A stretch of DNA of 51,183 nt from the IMG/VR virus record IMGVR_UViG_3300012942_000058, positions 1-51,183 of that record, one strand, 5' to 3'. The notes under the pieces are model-generated. The model worked only from the letters and a program-made list of their open reading frames with translations. It was not told the DNA's origin and searched no databases. Shown in pieces: positions 42,819 to 50,483 of this stretch (the stretch's first letter is position 1; the number at the start of each line of letters is the position of its first letter). A program made the position numbers and the translations under genes. This stretch comes from a virus (taxonomy: Duplodnaviria; Caudoviricetes).

Positions 42819-43682
42819 GTGAGAGAGGCAGCCGAGCGACTTCTGGCCTTTGCCGAGGAGCGGCACCGCATCTATCTCCGCCGCGCCGAGGGCGGACCCG
42901 GTCCCTGGACCGAGGACCCTATTCTCCGCAAGTTTCGCTTCTGCAACATCTACAGAGAGCTGGACACGGTCACCGACTGGCTGCGTCGCGAGTGGCGCGA
43001 GCCGCACTCGGACGATCCCGACCTGTGGCACGCGCTCGTCGTCGCCCGTCACATGAACAACATTCCTCTCCTGAGCGCCCTCGGCGGGCCGGTGCTGCCG
43101 TGGGACCCCGAGCGCTACGAGTCCGTCTGCGCCACCCAGCAGGCGCGCGGTGGGCAGGTGTTCGGCGCAGCCTACATGATAGGCACCCGGCATACAGGCT
43201 CCAAGGCCGACTACCTGTCGCGCATGGTCTTCACGCCCCTGTGGGAGGCGCGAGAGAGGCTTCGGCCTCTGCCGGGGGACACCCTGACGGGCTTCCACAT
43301 GAGTCTCGGGCTGTTCTACGGGCTGGCCTCGTTCATGTCGGCTCAGGTCGTTGCGGACCTGAAGTACGCCGAGGGCTCGCCGCTGCGCACCGCCGCCGAC
43401 TGGCACTCGTTCTGCGCCTCCGGACCGGGTAGCCGCAAGGGCCTGAACAGGCTCCTCGGGAGGCCCCCCCGGACGCCCATGCGGGAGGACGACTTCCGCC
43501 TGAGAGTGACGGAGCTCCGCGAGCTGATGCTTCCTAGATTCCGAGAGCTTGGCTGGGAGGAGCCGCATGCTCAGGATGTGCAGAACATGCTCTGCGAGGC
43601 AGACAAGTACATACGAGCCCAGACGGGCGAGGGCCGACCCAAGCAGCTGTTTCGCGGCGCGGCCGGAGAGGCTAGTATCTAG
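42819..43682 (+). CDS. aGPT-Pplase1 family (alpha-glutamyl/putrescinyl thymine pyrophosphorylase clade 1) DNA base-hypermodification protein
   Basis: 'ERHRIY..R..G...PWTEDPILRKFRFCNIYRELD', 'AYMI', 'FMSAQVVADL', 'GPGS..GL', 'LCE.DKY.R'. Confidence 0.85.
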   Translation: MREAAERLLAFAEERHRIYLRRAEGGPGPWTEDPILRKFRFCNIYRELDTVTDWLRREWREPHSDDPDLWHALVVARHMNNIPLLSALGGPVLPWDPERYESVCATQQARGGQVFGAAYMIGTRHTGSKADYLSRMVFTPLWEARERLRPLPGDTLTGFHMSLGLFYGLASFMSAQVVADLKYAEGSPLRTAADWHSFCASGPGSRKGLNRLLGRPPRTPMREDDFRLRVTELRELMLPRFRELGWEEPHAQDVQNMLCEADKYIRAQTGEGRPKQLFRGAAGEASI

Positions 43683-43689
43683 CTCAGGT

Positions 43690-43848
43690 AGGACACTTCG
43701 CCAGGGTCGGAGGCTAGTCGACCTCCAGTCGGGGCATACGAGCGTAGTGGCTCGCGCACCGGGGTGATCGCGCCCAGAGTGCGCCGACGAGTGGCAAGGG
43801 GAGTGACTTCCCTAAAATAGCGTTCTGGCTCCGGAACTGAAACGGGCA
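43690..43848 (+). ncRNA. Candidate structured non-coding RNA
   Basis: No convincing ORF; several nested hairpins (see findings). Confidence 0.35.
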
Positions 43849-43877
43849 TTTATCATCTCCCTTGGAGAGGCTACACT
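43849..43877 (+). promoter_or_regulatory. Promoter TTTAT-N16-GCTACACT upstream of ssb
   Basis: Recurring motif. Confidence 0.6.
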
Positions 43878-43978
43878 CTAGCCGTCGTCGCAGCCTCGGC
43901 TCTGCCGTGTGGTGCCTTCAAGCCCAGCCGCAGGGATGTGGACCTGGCTGCGGCGACACCGAGACACAGGAGAGACAC

Positions 43979-44452
43979 GTGACAATATCGGTTAACAGAG
44001 CCATCGTCTGCGGGCACGTTGGGGCAGACCCCGAGACCAAGGGGCGCGACGCCATGTTCGTCACCTTCAACGTGGCAACGAGCGAGCGCTGGAAGGATCG
44101 CGCTGGCGATCAGCACGAGCGGACACAGTGGCACAGGATCGTCGTCTACGACGAGCGAGCCGCAAAGTTCGCCAGCCAGTACATCAAGAGGGGCGACAAG
44201 GTCTACATCGAGGGTCAGATCGAGACTCGCAAGTGGGAGAAGAATCCCGGCGAGGAGGTCTACATCACCGAGATCGTGGTCCGGCCCTTCCGGGGTCTGG
44301 TGCAGGCCGATACCCGGCAGTCGCGAGACGACGACAGCGACAGCCGCGACGACCGTCGCTCGTCCGAGCAGTCGCGCTCGCGAGACTCGGGCGGCGGCTA
44401 CGGTGGGCGCGACCTGGACGACGAGATTCCCTTTGCGCCGGAGTGGCGCTGA
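43979..44452 (+). CDS. ssb: Single-stranded DNA-binding protein
   Basis: 'SVNRAI..G.VG.DPE', 'ATSERWKD', 'WHRIV', 'VYIEGQI.TRKW', C-terminal 'LDDEIPFAPEWR'. Confidence 0.95.
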   Translation: MTISVNRAIVCGHVGADPETKGRDAMFVTFNVATSERWKDRAGDQHERTQWHRIVVYDERAAKFASQYIKRGDKVYIEGQIETRKWEKNPGEEVYITEIVVRPFRGLVQADTRQSRDDDSDSRDDRRSSEQSRSRDSGGGYGGRDLDDEIPFAPEWR

Positions 44453-44697
44453 TGGGCGACAAGACCTGGGCAGAGAGGATTGCCGAGCGACGGGCAGCGG
44501 GAGCGGACTGCTCCCCGGACGTACTGCTCGAGATGGCGAGAACTCACCGAATGAGCTTTCAGGAGATTGTCGAGCAGCGTCGCTCCTGGGTGATTGGGGA
44601 GCTCATGCTCGAGCATCCCGAACTGACTCGGGAGGAGGCTCTGCGGCGAGTGAAGGCTGCAGAGCTGGGTCTCATGTACGGAGGTAACACGAGATGA
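44452..44697 (+). CDS. Hypothetical protein
   Basis: TGATG coupling; 'MS..E..EQRRSWV.GE'. Confidence 0.55.
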   Translation: MGDKTWAERIAERRAAGADCSPDVLLEMARTHRMSFQEIVEQRRSWVIGELMLEHPELTREEALRRVKAAELGLMYGGNTR

Positions 44698-44828
44698 GAC
44701 TTCTGTTCGAGACCGTGGGCATAGTCGTGCTGTGCGCGCTTGTTGCGTACGCAGCAGCCGACCTGAACCGGCGCGGGATTGGCCCGCGTCCGAGAGACGA
44801 AGAGGAAGAGGAGAAGGACGATGAGTAA
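44694..44828 (+). CDS. 44-aa membrane peptide with acidic tail (not in ORF track)
   Basis: GGAGG SD, ATGA overlap; MRLLFETVGIVVLCALVAYAAADLNRRGIGPRPRDEEEEEKDDE. Confidence 0.5.
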   Translation: MRLLFETVGIVVLCALVAYAAADLNRRGIGPRPRDEEEEEKDDE

Positions 44829-45738
44829 GGTGTTTGGGGGCGTCTTCGGAGCCCTTCTGTTCGTTGCGCTGCTGACAGTGGCGTTCGGGTCCTGGTACAC
44901 GATCGATCAGGGCGAGCGGGGAGTGATCCTCCGAAACGGAGCACTCGCTGGGGTAGCGGAGCCGGGTCTCGGCTTCAAGACTCCGTGGATCGAGAGTGTG
45001 GTCGACATACCCGTCACCCAGCAGATCGTGCTGTGGAACTGCGCCGTGAAGGACGATGGCACTCCGGCGGAGGCGTGTCCGTCCGATCGGAGCTACGAGA
45101 TGATGGGCTACAGCGCCGACACGCAGAACGCTGCCATACGAGTCTCCGTCGCGTATCACGTACCACCCGAGAAGGTGGCTGAACTCTACTCGCAGTACAC
45201 GTCTATCGACAACATGAAGGAGCGACTGATCGCTCGTGAGGTTCCTCGAATCGTGAAGACCGTCTTTGGTCACTACAATGCGGCGACGTTTGCCGCTAAC
45301 CGAGCGGACTTCAACGTGAACGCGGAGAAGACGGTGAAGGACGAGGTTCACGGACCGGTCGTCATCGACAGCGTCAACATCGAGAACGTAGACTTCAGTA
45401 CGGAGTACGAGAAGTCCATCGAGGCAAAGATGCTTGCTGAGGTCGACGTCCAGAAGGTTCAGCAGAACGCTGCGAAGGCAAAGGTCACGGCTCAGATCAC
45501 CGTCACCGAAGCTCAGGCCCAGGCGGACTCCCGGCTTGCGCAGGCTCGCGCTGCCGCCGAGGCCACCCGCATTCAGGGCGAGGCCGAGGCCGATGCCATC
45601 CGGGCACGTGCCGCCGCTCTCGGAGCCAATCCCGGACTGGTGGAGCTGACCAAAGCCGAGCGCTGGGACGGGAAGCTCCCGACCACGATGCTCCCCTCCG
45701 GTGCTGTCCCCTTCCTGGACGCCGGAGCTGCGCGATGA
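44821..45738 (+). CDS. SPFH/band-7 (prohibitin-like) membrane protein
   Basis: N-terminal TM, 'GSWYTIDQGERGVILRNG', 'PGL.FK.PWI', 'GEAEA.AI', 'WDGKLP'. Confidence 0.92.
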   Translation: MSKVFGGVFGALLFVALLTVAFGSWYTIDQGERGVILRNGALAGVAEPGLGFKTPWIESVVDIPVTQQIVLWNCAVKDDGTPAEACPSDRSYEMMGYSADTQNAAIRVSVAYHVPPEKVAELYSQYTSIDNMKERLIAREVPRIVKTVFGHYNAATFAANRADFNVNAEKTVKDEVHGPVVIDSVNIENVDFSTEYEKSIEAKMLAEVDVQKVQQNAAKAKVTAQITVTEAQAQADSRLAQARAAAEATRIQGEAEADAIRARAAALGANPGLVELTKAERWDGKLPTTMLPSGAVPFLDAGAAR

Positions 45739-46016
45739 CAGCGACGATTGACAGAGCCACCGTCGGCCAGCTGCACGAGCTCTACGAGCGCCGTGCGGCG
45801 CTGGAGAAGGCCAAGACCTACGCGAGCGGGAACCACTACATCGAGAGGTTCTGCGAGAGCTTCTCGTCCGGATCGGGCTCCAACTCCTCGCTCGTGTCGG
45901 CTCTCGGCGGGCAGAAGAATCTCCAGGCCCTGATGGAGCGCTGGATGCGAGAGGAGCTGAGCCGCCTCCAGCTGAACCTGGACGCGCAGATAGAGAAGCT
46001 CGGAGGGAAGCCGTAG
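45735..46016 (+). CDS. Hypothetical protein
   Basis: ATGA overlap. Confidence 0.6.
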   Translation: MTATIDRATVGQLHELYERRAALEKAKTYASGNHYIERFCESFSSGSGSNSSLVSALGGQKNLQALMERWMREELSRLQLNLDAQIEKLGGKP

Positions 46017-46084
46017 GGCTTTCTCTTCTCCGAGCGAGAGGGTAGAGTCGTGATCAGTGCCATGGCGGCACAAGGAGACAGAAG

Positions 46085-46588
46085 ATGAGGACTATCATTG
46101 CCGCAGCTGCGGCCCTTGCGATGACTGCCACCTCGGCGATGGCCGGAAGCGTCACCAGTACCACCAACTCGGACTCCCAGTCCGGTGCCTGGTCGGGATC
46201 CAACGTGGTCATGAACTCGGGCAAGACGACGGGCCTCGCGTCCGCTCCCGGTCTTATTGCCTCGGGTCTGTCCTGCTCGGGATCGGCCTCGCTCGGCGGC
46301 GCGGGTGCCGGCTGGGGCATCTCCCTCGGCATCACGAAGGAGGACCGGGCCTGCAACGCTCGGGAGGACGCCAAGTACATCCACGGTGTGACGGGGGACT
46401 CGCTGGCGGCAAAGGAGCGCCTCTGCGCTCAGCCCGAGATCCGCTCCGCGTTCCTTCGTGCCGGCCATCCCTGCGCCGCCGACGCCCAGCGCGTGGTCCG
46501 GACGACCACCGTCCAGAGCTTCAAGAGCATGGCTGCGTGCCGCCGCTACGCAGCCAAGCACCCGGGAGTCGCGTGCCGATCGCGATGA
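46085..46588 (+). CDS. Secreted Cys-containing protein
   Basis: Sec-type signal peptide (...SAMA); AAGGAG SD; six Cys in the mature part. Confidence 0.75.
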   Translation: MRTIIAAAAALAMTATSAMAGSVTSTTNSDSQSGAWSGSNVVMNSGKTTGLASAPGLIASGLSCSGSASLGGAGAGWGISLGITKEDRACNAREDAKYIHGVTGDSLAAKERLCAQPEIRSAFLRAGHPCAADAQRVVRTTTVQSFKSMAACRRYAAKHPGVACRSR

Positions 46589-46597
46589 CCTGCGGAG

Positions 46598-46631
46598 GCG
46601 ACCTCCCGGATACCCCTCTCCGGGAGGTCGC
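46598..46631. terminator. 13-bp stem-loop between the two secreted-protein genes
   Basis: gcgacctcccgga-tacccctc-tccgggaggtcgc. Confidence 0.5.
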
Positions 46632-46749
46632 TGCTGACGAGGCTCGTCCGGCGAGGGCCGGTGTGCACTGATCGTGCGCGACCCTCTCCAGACGCGCGTC
46701 GCGTCGAGCGCTGCCGGGCGCTGTCTCCCGGCGACAAGGAGAGTGCAGA

Positions 46750-47214
46750 ATGAAGATCGTTAACTTCCTCCTGGCGGCCTCGGCTGCCGTTCTTCTGGCC
46801 GCTGCGCCCGCGTCCGCGACGGAGTGGGGCTTTGGTGCGGGTGGCTTTGCCGGTGGTCTGTCCGGTGCCGGCCAGTCGTCGTCCGGTGCGGGCAACATGT
46901 CCGGCAGCTTCCGCTTCGGCAACTCGCAGTCGTCCGCCGAGTCTCAGTCGTTCGGCCGCGCCGAGTCCGGCTTCGGCGTCGGCGTCGGTCAGCTTCCCGA
47001 TGGCGCCGACGGCACGCCGGGTGGCTCGGCGGCGGGTGCCTACGGCAACTTTGCGGGAGCGAATGTCGGCTCGGGATCGATGTCCAATGCGGCGTCGGCC
47101 TCGACCGGCAACGGCTTTTCCGGCGCAGGTACGATCGGCTCCGGATTCGGCTCCACCACTCTTGGCGGTGCTGGCTTCGGCGTTGGCGGTGGGCTGGTGA
47201 CCTCCGGTCACTGA
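46750..47214 (+). CDS. Secreted Gly/Ser/Phe-rich protein
   Basis: Signal peptide (...PASA); AAGGAG SD; low-complexity GxF/GxG mature region. Confidence 0.75.
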   Translation: MKIVNFLLAASAAVLLAAAPASATEWGFGAGGFAGGLSGAGQSSSGAGNMSGSFRFGNSQSSAESQSFGRAESGFGVGVGQLPDGADGTPGGSAAGAYGNFAGANVGSGSMSNAASASTGNGFSGAGTIGSGFGSTTLGGAGFGVGGGLVTSGH

Positions 47215-47238
47215 CCTCGGACAGCACTCGTCTACTCA

Positions 47239-47276
47239 GTCGCCCGGCAGACGTCCTGCCGGGCGACGACTTTTTT
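47239..47276 (+). terminator. Rho-independent terminator
   Basis: gtcgcccggcag-acgtc-ctgccgggcgac followed 3 nt later by TTTTTT. Confidence 0.75.
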
Positions 47277-47279
47277 CTC

Positions 47280-47308
47280 TTTACATCTCGACAGAGGACA
47301 GCTACACT
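47280..47308 (+). promoter_or_regulatory. Promoter TTTAC-N16-GCTACACT
   Basis: Recurring motif directly after the terminator. Confidence 0.65.
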
Positions 47309-47349
47309 CCGGACATCGAAACAGCAGACAGCCGAGAAAGGCCCGAGCA

Positions 47350-48948
47350 ATGACCACGAAGAAGTTCTTTCCCTCCCCCGAGCAGCAGGCGTTTCTGGAC
47401 TGGATACGCGACGGCTCTGGCTCCTGCGTCCTGGAGGCAGTTGCCGGCGCAGGCAAGACGACAACTCTTGTGGAGGGCGTCAAGCTGATGAGCGGCTCGG
47501 TCTTCCTCGGTGCCTACAACAAGAAGATGGGCGACGAGCTGAAGAGCCGCATCGCCGGCATGCAGGGCAAGATTGCGGGCACCTTTCACTCCGCAGGCTT
47601 CCGGGCGCTGGCTCGCTCCGTGTCCGAGCTGAAGGGCTCCGACGGCAAGGTCCGCTCCGACGCCATCGACGACAAGAAGGTCCGCACCATAGCGGAGGAC
47701 ATGCTGGTCGGGACGGCCGACGAGCACACCGAGGGCCTGATACCCGCGATCTGCCAGCTGGTGAGTCTCGCCAAGCAGACCGGCTTCCTGGTGCGCGGCC
47801 TCGTGGACGAGGACCGACCGAGCTACTGGGCCGAGCTCGTCTCTCGCCACGACGTGGACGAGCGTCTCCCCGAGGACTATCCCGTCTCCCAGCTGTGCGC
47901 TCTGGCGGCTCGCGCCCTCCGCGCATCCAACCGCAAGCGCGACACCATCGACTTCGACGACATGGTCTATCTGCCGCTGCTGCTGAACCTTCGGATGTTC
48001 CGCAACGACTGGGTACTGATCGACGAGGCGCAGGACACCAACGCGGTGCGCCGCGAGCTTGCTGCTCGCATGCTCCGGCCGGGCGGGCGTCTGGTCGCAG
48101 TCGGCGACCCCCATCAGGCCATCTACGGCTTCACCGGGGCCGACAACCGCTCTCTGGACATGATCCGCGAGCGGTTCCGCGCCACCACCCTGCGCCTCTC
48201 CGTCAGCTGGCGGTGCCCGCGCTCCGTAGTCGCCGTGGCCCGCGAGTACGTGGGGCACATTCGCCCAGCTTCGACTGCTGCGGTCGGGGAGACCGCGCAC
48301 ATGACCTACACCGGGATGCTGGCTCGCGTCTCCCCCGGAGACGCTGTCCTCTGCCGGTTCAATGCTCCGCTCGTGGAGCTGTGCTTCCGCCTCATCCGCG
48401 AAGGCAAGCCTGCCAAGATCGAGGGACGCGCCATCGGCGAGGGCCTGATTGCTCTGGTCGGTCGCTGGAAGGTGAAGACTCTGGACGCTCTCGAGGGTCG
48501 CCTGCAGAAGTGGAATGACCGCGAGCGGGCCAAGATCGAGGGAGCCGCCAAGAAGGACGACGCCAAGATGGCGCGTCACGAGGACAAGTACGCAACCATC
48601 CTGGTGCTGCTGGAGCGCGCCCGCGAGCAGAAGATGACGACCGTCTCCGAGATGGAGACCATGATCCGCTCCATGTTTGCGGACGACGCCTCGTCGCCGA
48701 ATCTTGTGGTCCTGGCGTCGGTGCACAAGAGCAAGGGGCTGGAGTGGCCGTCTGTCTATCTTCTGGGCCGGGGCGACATCATGCCCTCGCCGCGCGCAAC
48801 GCAGGAGTGGCAGAAGGAGCAGGAGATCAACCTGTGCTACGTTGCGGTGACCCGCGCGCAGGAGCGTCTCGTGGATGTGGACATGCCTCGTTCCGGAGAG
48901 ACTGGGCAGGCGAAGAAGAGCGAAGAGAGCAAGGAGACAGCAGAATGA
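47350..48948 (+). CDS. Second UvrD-like SF1 helicase
   Basis: 'AVAGAGKTT', 'TFHS', 'IDEAQD', 'VGDPHQAIYGF.GAD', 'SVHKSKGLEW', 'YVAVTRA'. Confidence 0.92.
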   Translation: MTTKKFFPSPEQQAFLDWIRDGSGSCVLEAVAGAGKTTTLVEGVKLMSGSVFLGAYNKKMGDELKSRIAGMQGKIAGTFHSAGFRALARSVSELKGSDGKVRSDAIDDKKVRTIAEDMLVGTADEHTEGLIPAICQLVSLAKQTGFLVRGLVDEDRPSYWAELVSRHDVDERLPEDYPVSQLCALAARALRASNRKRDTIDFDDMVYLPLLLNLRMFRNDWVLIDEAQDTNAVRRELAARMLRPGGRLVAVGDPHQAIYGFTGADNRSLDMIRERFRATTLRLSVSWRCPRSVVAVAREYVGHIRPASTAAVGETAHMTYTGMLARVSPGDAVLCRFNAPLVELCFRLIREGKPAKIEGRAIGEGLIALVGRWKVKTLDALEGRLQKWNDRERAKIEGAAKKDDAKMARHEDKYATILVLLERAREQKMTTVSEMETMIRSMFADDASSPNLVVLASVHKSKGLEWPSVYLLGRGDIMPSPRATQEWQKEQEINLCYVAVTRAQERLVDVDMPRSGETGQAKKSEESKETAE

Positions 48949-49235
48949 GCATGGTAGTCTGGAAGTTTGTACCGGAGCCGTCGGCGGACAACACGAGCGC
49001 CACTGTGGAGATGCCGCGCGGCTCGAGGTTCCTGTCGGCGGGGCCGGATCCGCTGGGGGTCTACTGCCTGTGGGCGCTCGTGGACCCCGAGATGCCGCTG
49101 ACGAAGAGGCGCGTGACTCTTCTGGCGACCGGAGAGGTCGTGGACGAGGCTCCTGGTCGTCACATGGCGACGGTTGTCAGCCAGGACACCGGAACGGTCA
49201 GTCATCTGTTTCTCGAGGACGAGAAGCGGGGCTAG
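48945..49235 (+). CDS. Hypothetical protein
   Basis: ATGA overlap; 'VWKF...MPRG...LS....LWALVDP'. Confidence 0.65.
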   Translation: MSMVVWKFVPEPSADNTSATVEMPRGSRFLSAGPDPLGVYCLWALVDPEMPLTKRRVTLLATGEVVDEAPGRHMATVVSQDTGTVSHLFLEDEKRG

Positions 49236-49280
49236 GCGCAGAAGAGAGGAGAGGCTACTCTCCCTGTCAGGAGACAGACG

Positions 49281-49925
49281 ATGACAGAGCACACAGCCAG
49301 ACCGCCCTTTGGGGTGGGAGACGTAGTCCGACTGAGATCAGGCACCGCTCGTCAGGTGGTCGAGGAGATTACTCTCAAGGTGGCCAAGTTCACTGGCGAG
49401 GTGGTGTGGGCTGTGCGAGCCCGCTACCTCTCCGACAGAGGATACACAGACCACAAGGGTCTGCGTCTCAGGTGGCGCGCAGCGTCGGACTTCGTGAAGA
49501 TAGAAGACAGAGAAGAAGGAGAAGAGAGCATGAGCAAGCTGTACCAGACCAGGGACGGAGCGCGCTTCGGCACGTTCCTCGCACGAAACAGCCGGGGCGA
49601 GTTCGTCCTGGAGATGAAGGACACCGGGAAGGTGGAGGCGCTCGCCGCCGACCTTGTCGAGGAGGTTCGGCCGTACACCGTCCGCGTCCGCTTCATGGGC
49701 GACAGCGGCGGCGGAACCTACGACTACATCAGCCAGGCCGGAGCACTGGAGAAGGGCGACATGGTCGCTCTCACCTCCAGCGGCCGGAAGATCGTGATCG
49801 TCACCGCCATCGACACGAAGAGCGCGAAGGCGACCGTCGTCCTTCGCGGCCGGAAGCTCCTCACCGAGGAGCTGGCTGCTCCCGAGGGATACGACACCCG
49901 CTCGTCCGAGGACGAGGAGGACTGA
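49281..49925 (+). CDS. Hypothetical protein; possible internal start at 49530
   Basis: Promoter TAGGC-N16-GCTACTCT (49233-49261), AGGAG SD; second AAGGAG SD before ATG 49530. Confidence 0.65.
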   Translation: MTEHTARPPFGVGDVVRLRSGTARQVVEEITLKVAKFTGEVVWAVRARYLSDRGYTDHKGLRLRWRAASDFVKIEDREEGEESMSKLYQTRDGARFGTFLARNSRGEFVLEMKDTGKVEALAADLVEEVRPYTVRVRFMGDSGGGTYDYISQAGALEKGDMVALTSSGRKIVIVTAIDTKSAKATVVLRGRKLLTEELAAPEGYDTRSSEDEED

Positions 49926-50006
49926 CGTGACCTGTCTGGACAAGGACTCGGACCTCCGGCGCGGGCAGGGCTAGTCCGGGCGGCGCGGGCAGGCTATGGT
50001 TTGGAC

Positions 50007-50483
50007 ATGAACACATTCCTGCCCTACGAGTCCTTTGCCCACTCCGTCGCCTGCCTGGACCGTGCTCGTCTCGGCAAGCAGAGGCTGGAGTGCGCCCAGA
50101 TACTGGCCGCGCTTCTTCCTCACGCAGGCATGCCCTCTGGCTGGCGCAGCCATCCGGCCACTCTCATGTGGGCCGGGTACGAGTCCGCGCTGAGTCTGTA
50201 CCAGACCATGTGCTGCCGGGAGTGGGCGGCGCGCGGCTACCAGCAGACCACCGTGCCGCCCTACGGGGACGCGTGGCAGCTGCTGGCGTGGGCGGAGGGA
50301 CGCGGGCTCGCGGCGGACGCCAGAGACGCCCCTACTCCTCCCTGGCTCGGAGACGAGCGACTGCATCTCAGCCACCAGCGAGCGCTGATGGCCAAGGACC
50401 CCGAGCACTACCGCGCATTTGGCTGGCGCGTGGTGCCTGGCATCGACTACTGGTGGCCAACAAAGGAGACAGAGACAGCATGA
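50007..50483 (+). CDS. Pyrimidine-dimer DNA glycosylase-like protein (DenV/MSMEG_6728-like)
   Basis: 'MNTFLPY..F..S...LD..RLGKQR.E..QI', 'W.SHPA..MW.GYE', 'PPWLGD...H.SH...L..KDP..Y'. Confidence 0.85.
   Translation: MNTFLPYESFAHSVACLDRARLGKQRLECAQILAALLPHAGMPSGWRSHPATLMWAGYESALSLYQTMCCREWAARGYQQTTVPPYGDAWQLLAWAEGRGLAADARDAPTPPWLGDERLHLSHQRALMAKDPEHYRAFGWRVVPGIDYWWPTKETETA

Noticed and set aside
43672-43740. Second tRNA suggested by 'TAGCTCAGGTAGGAC'
   Set aside because: No T-arm GTTCRA motif, no acceptor stem and no CCA
31730-50480. Recurring AGGAGAC(A) motif before many genes as an operator
   Set aside because: Explained as an extended Shine-Dalgarno context
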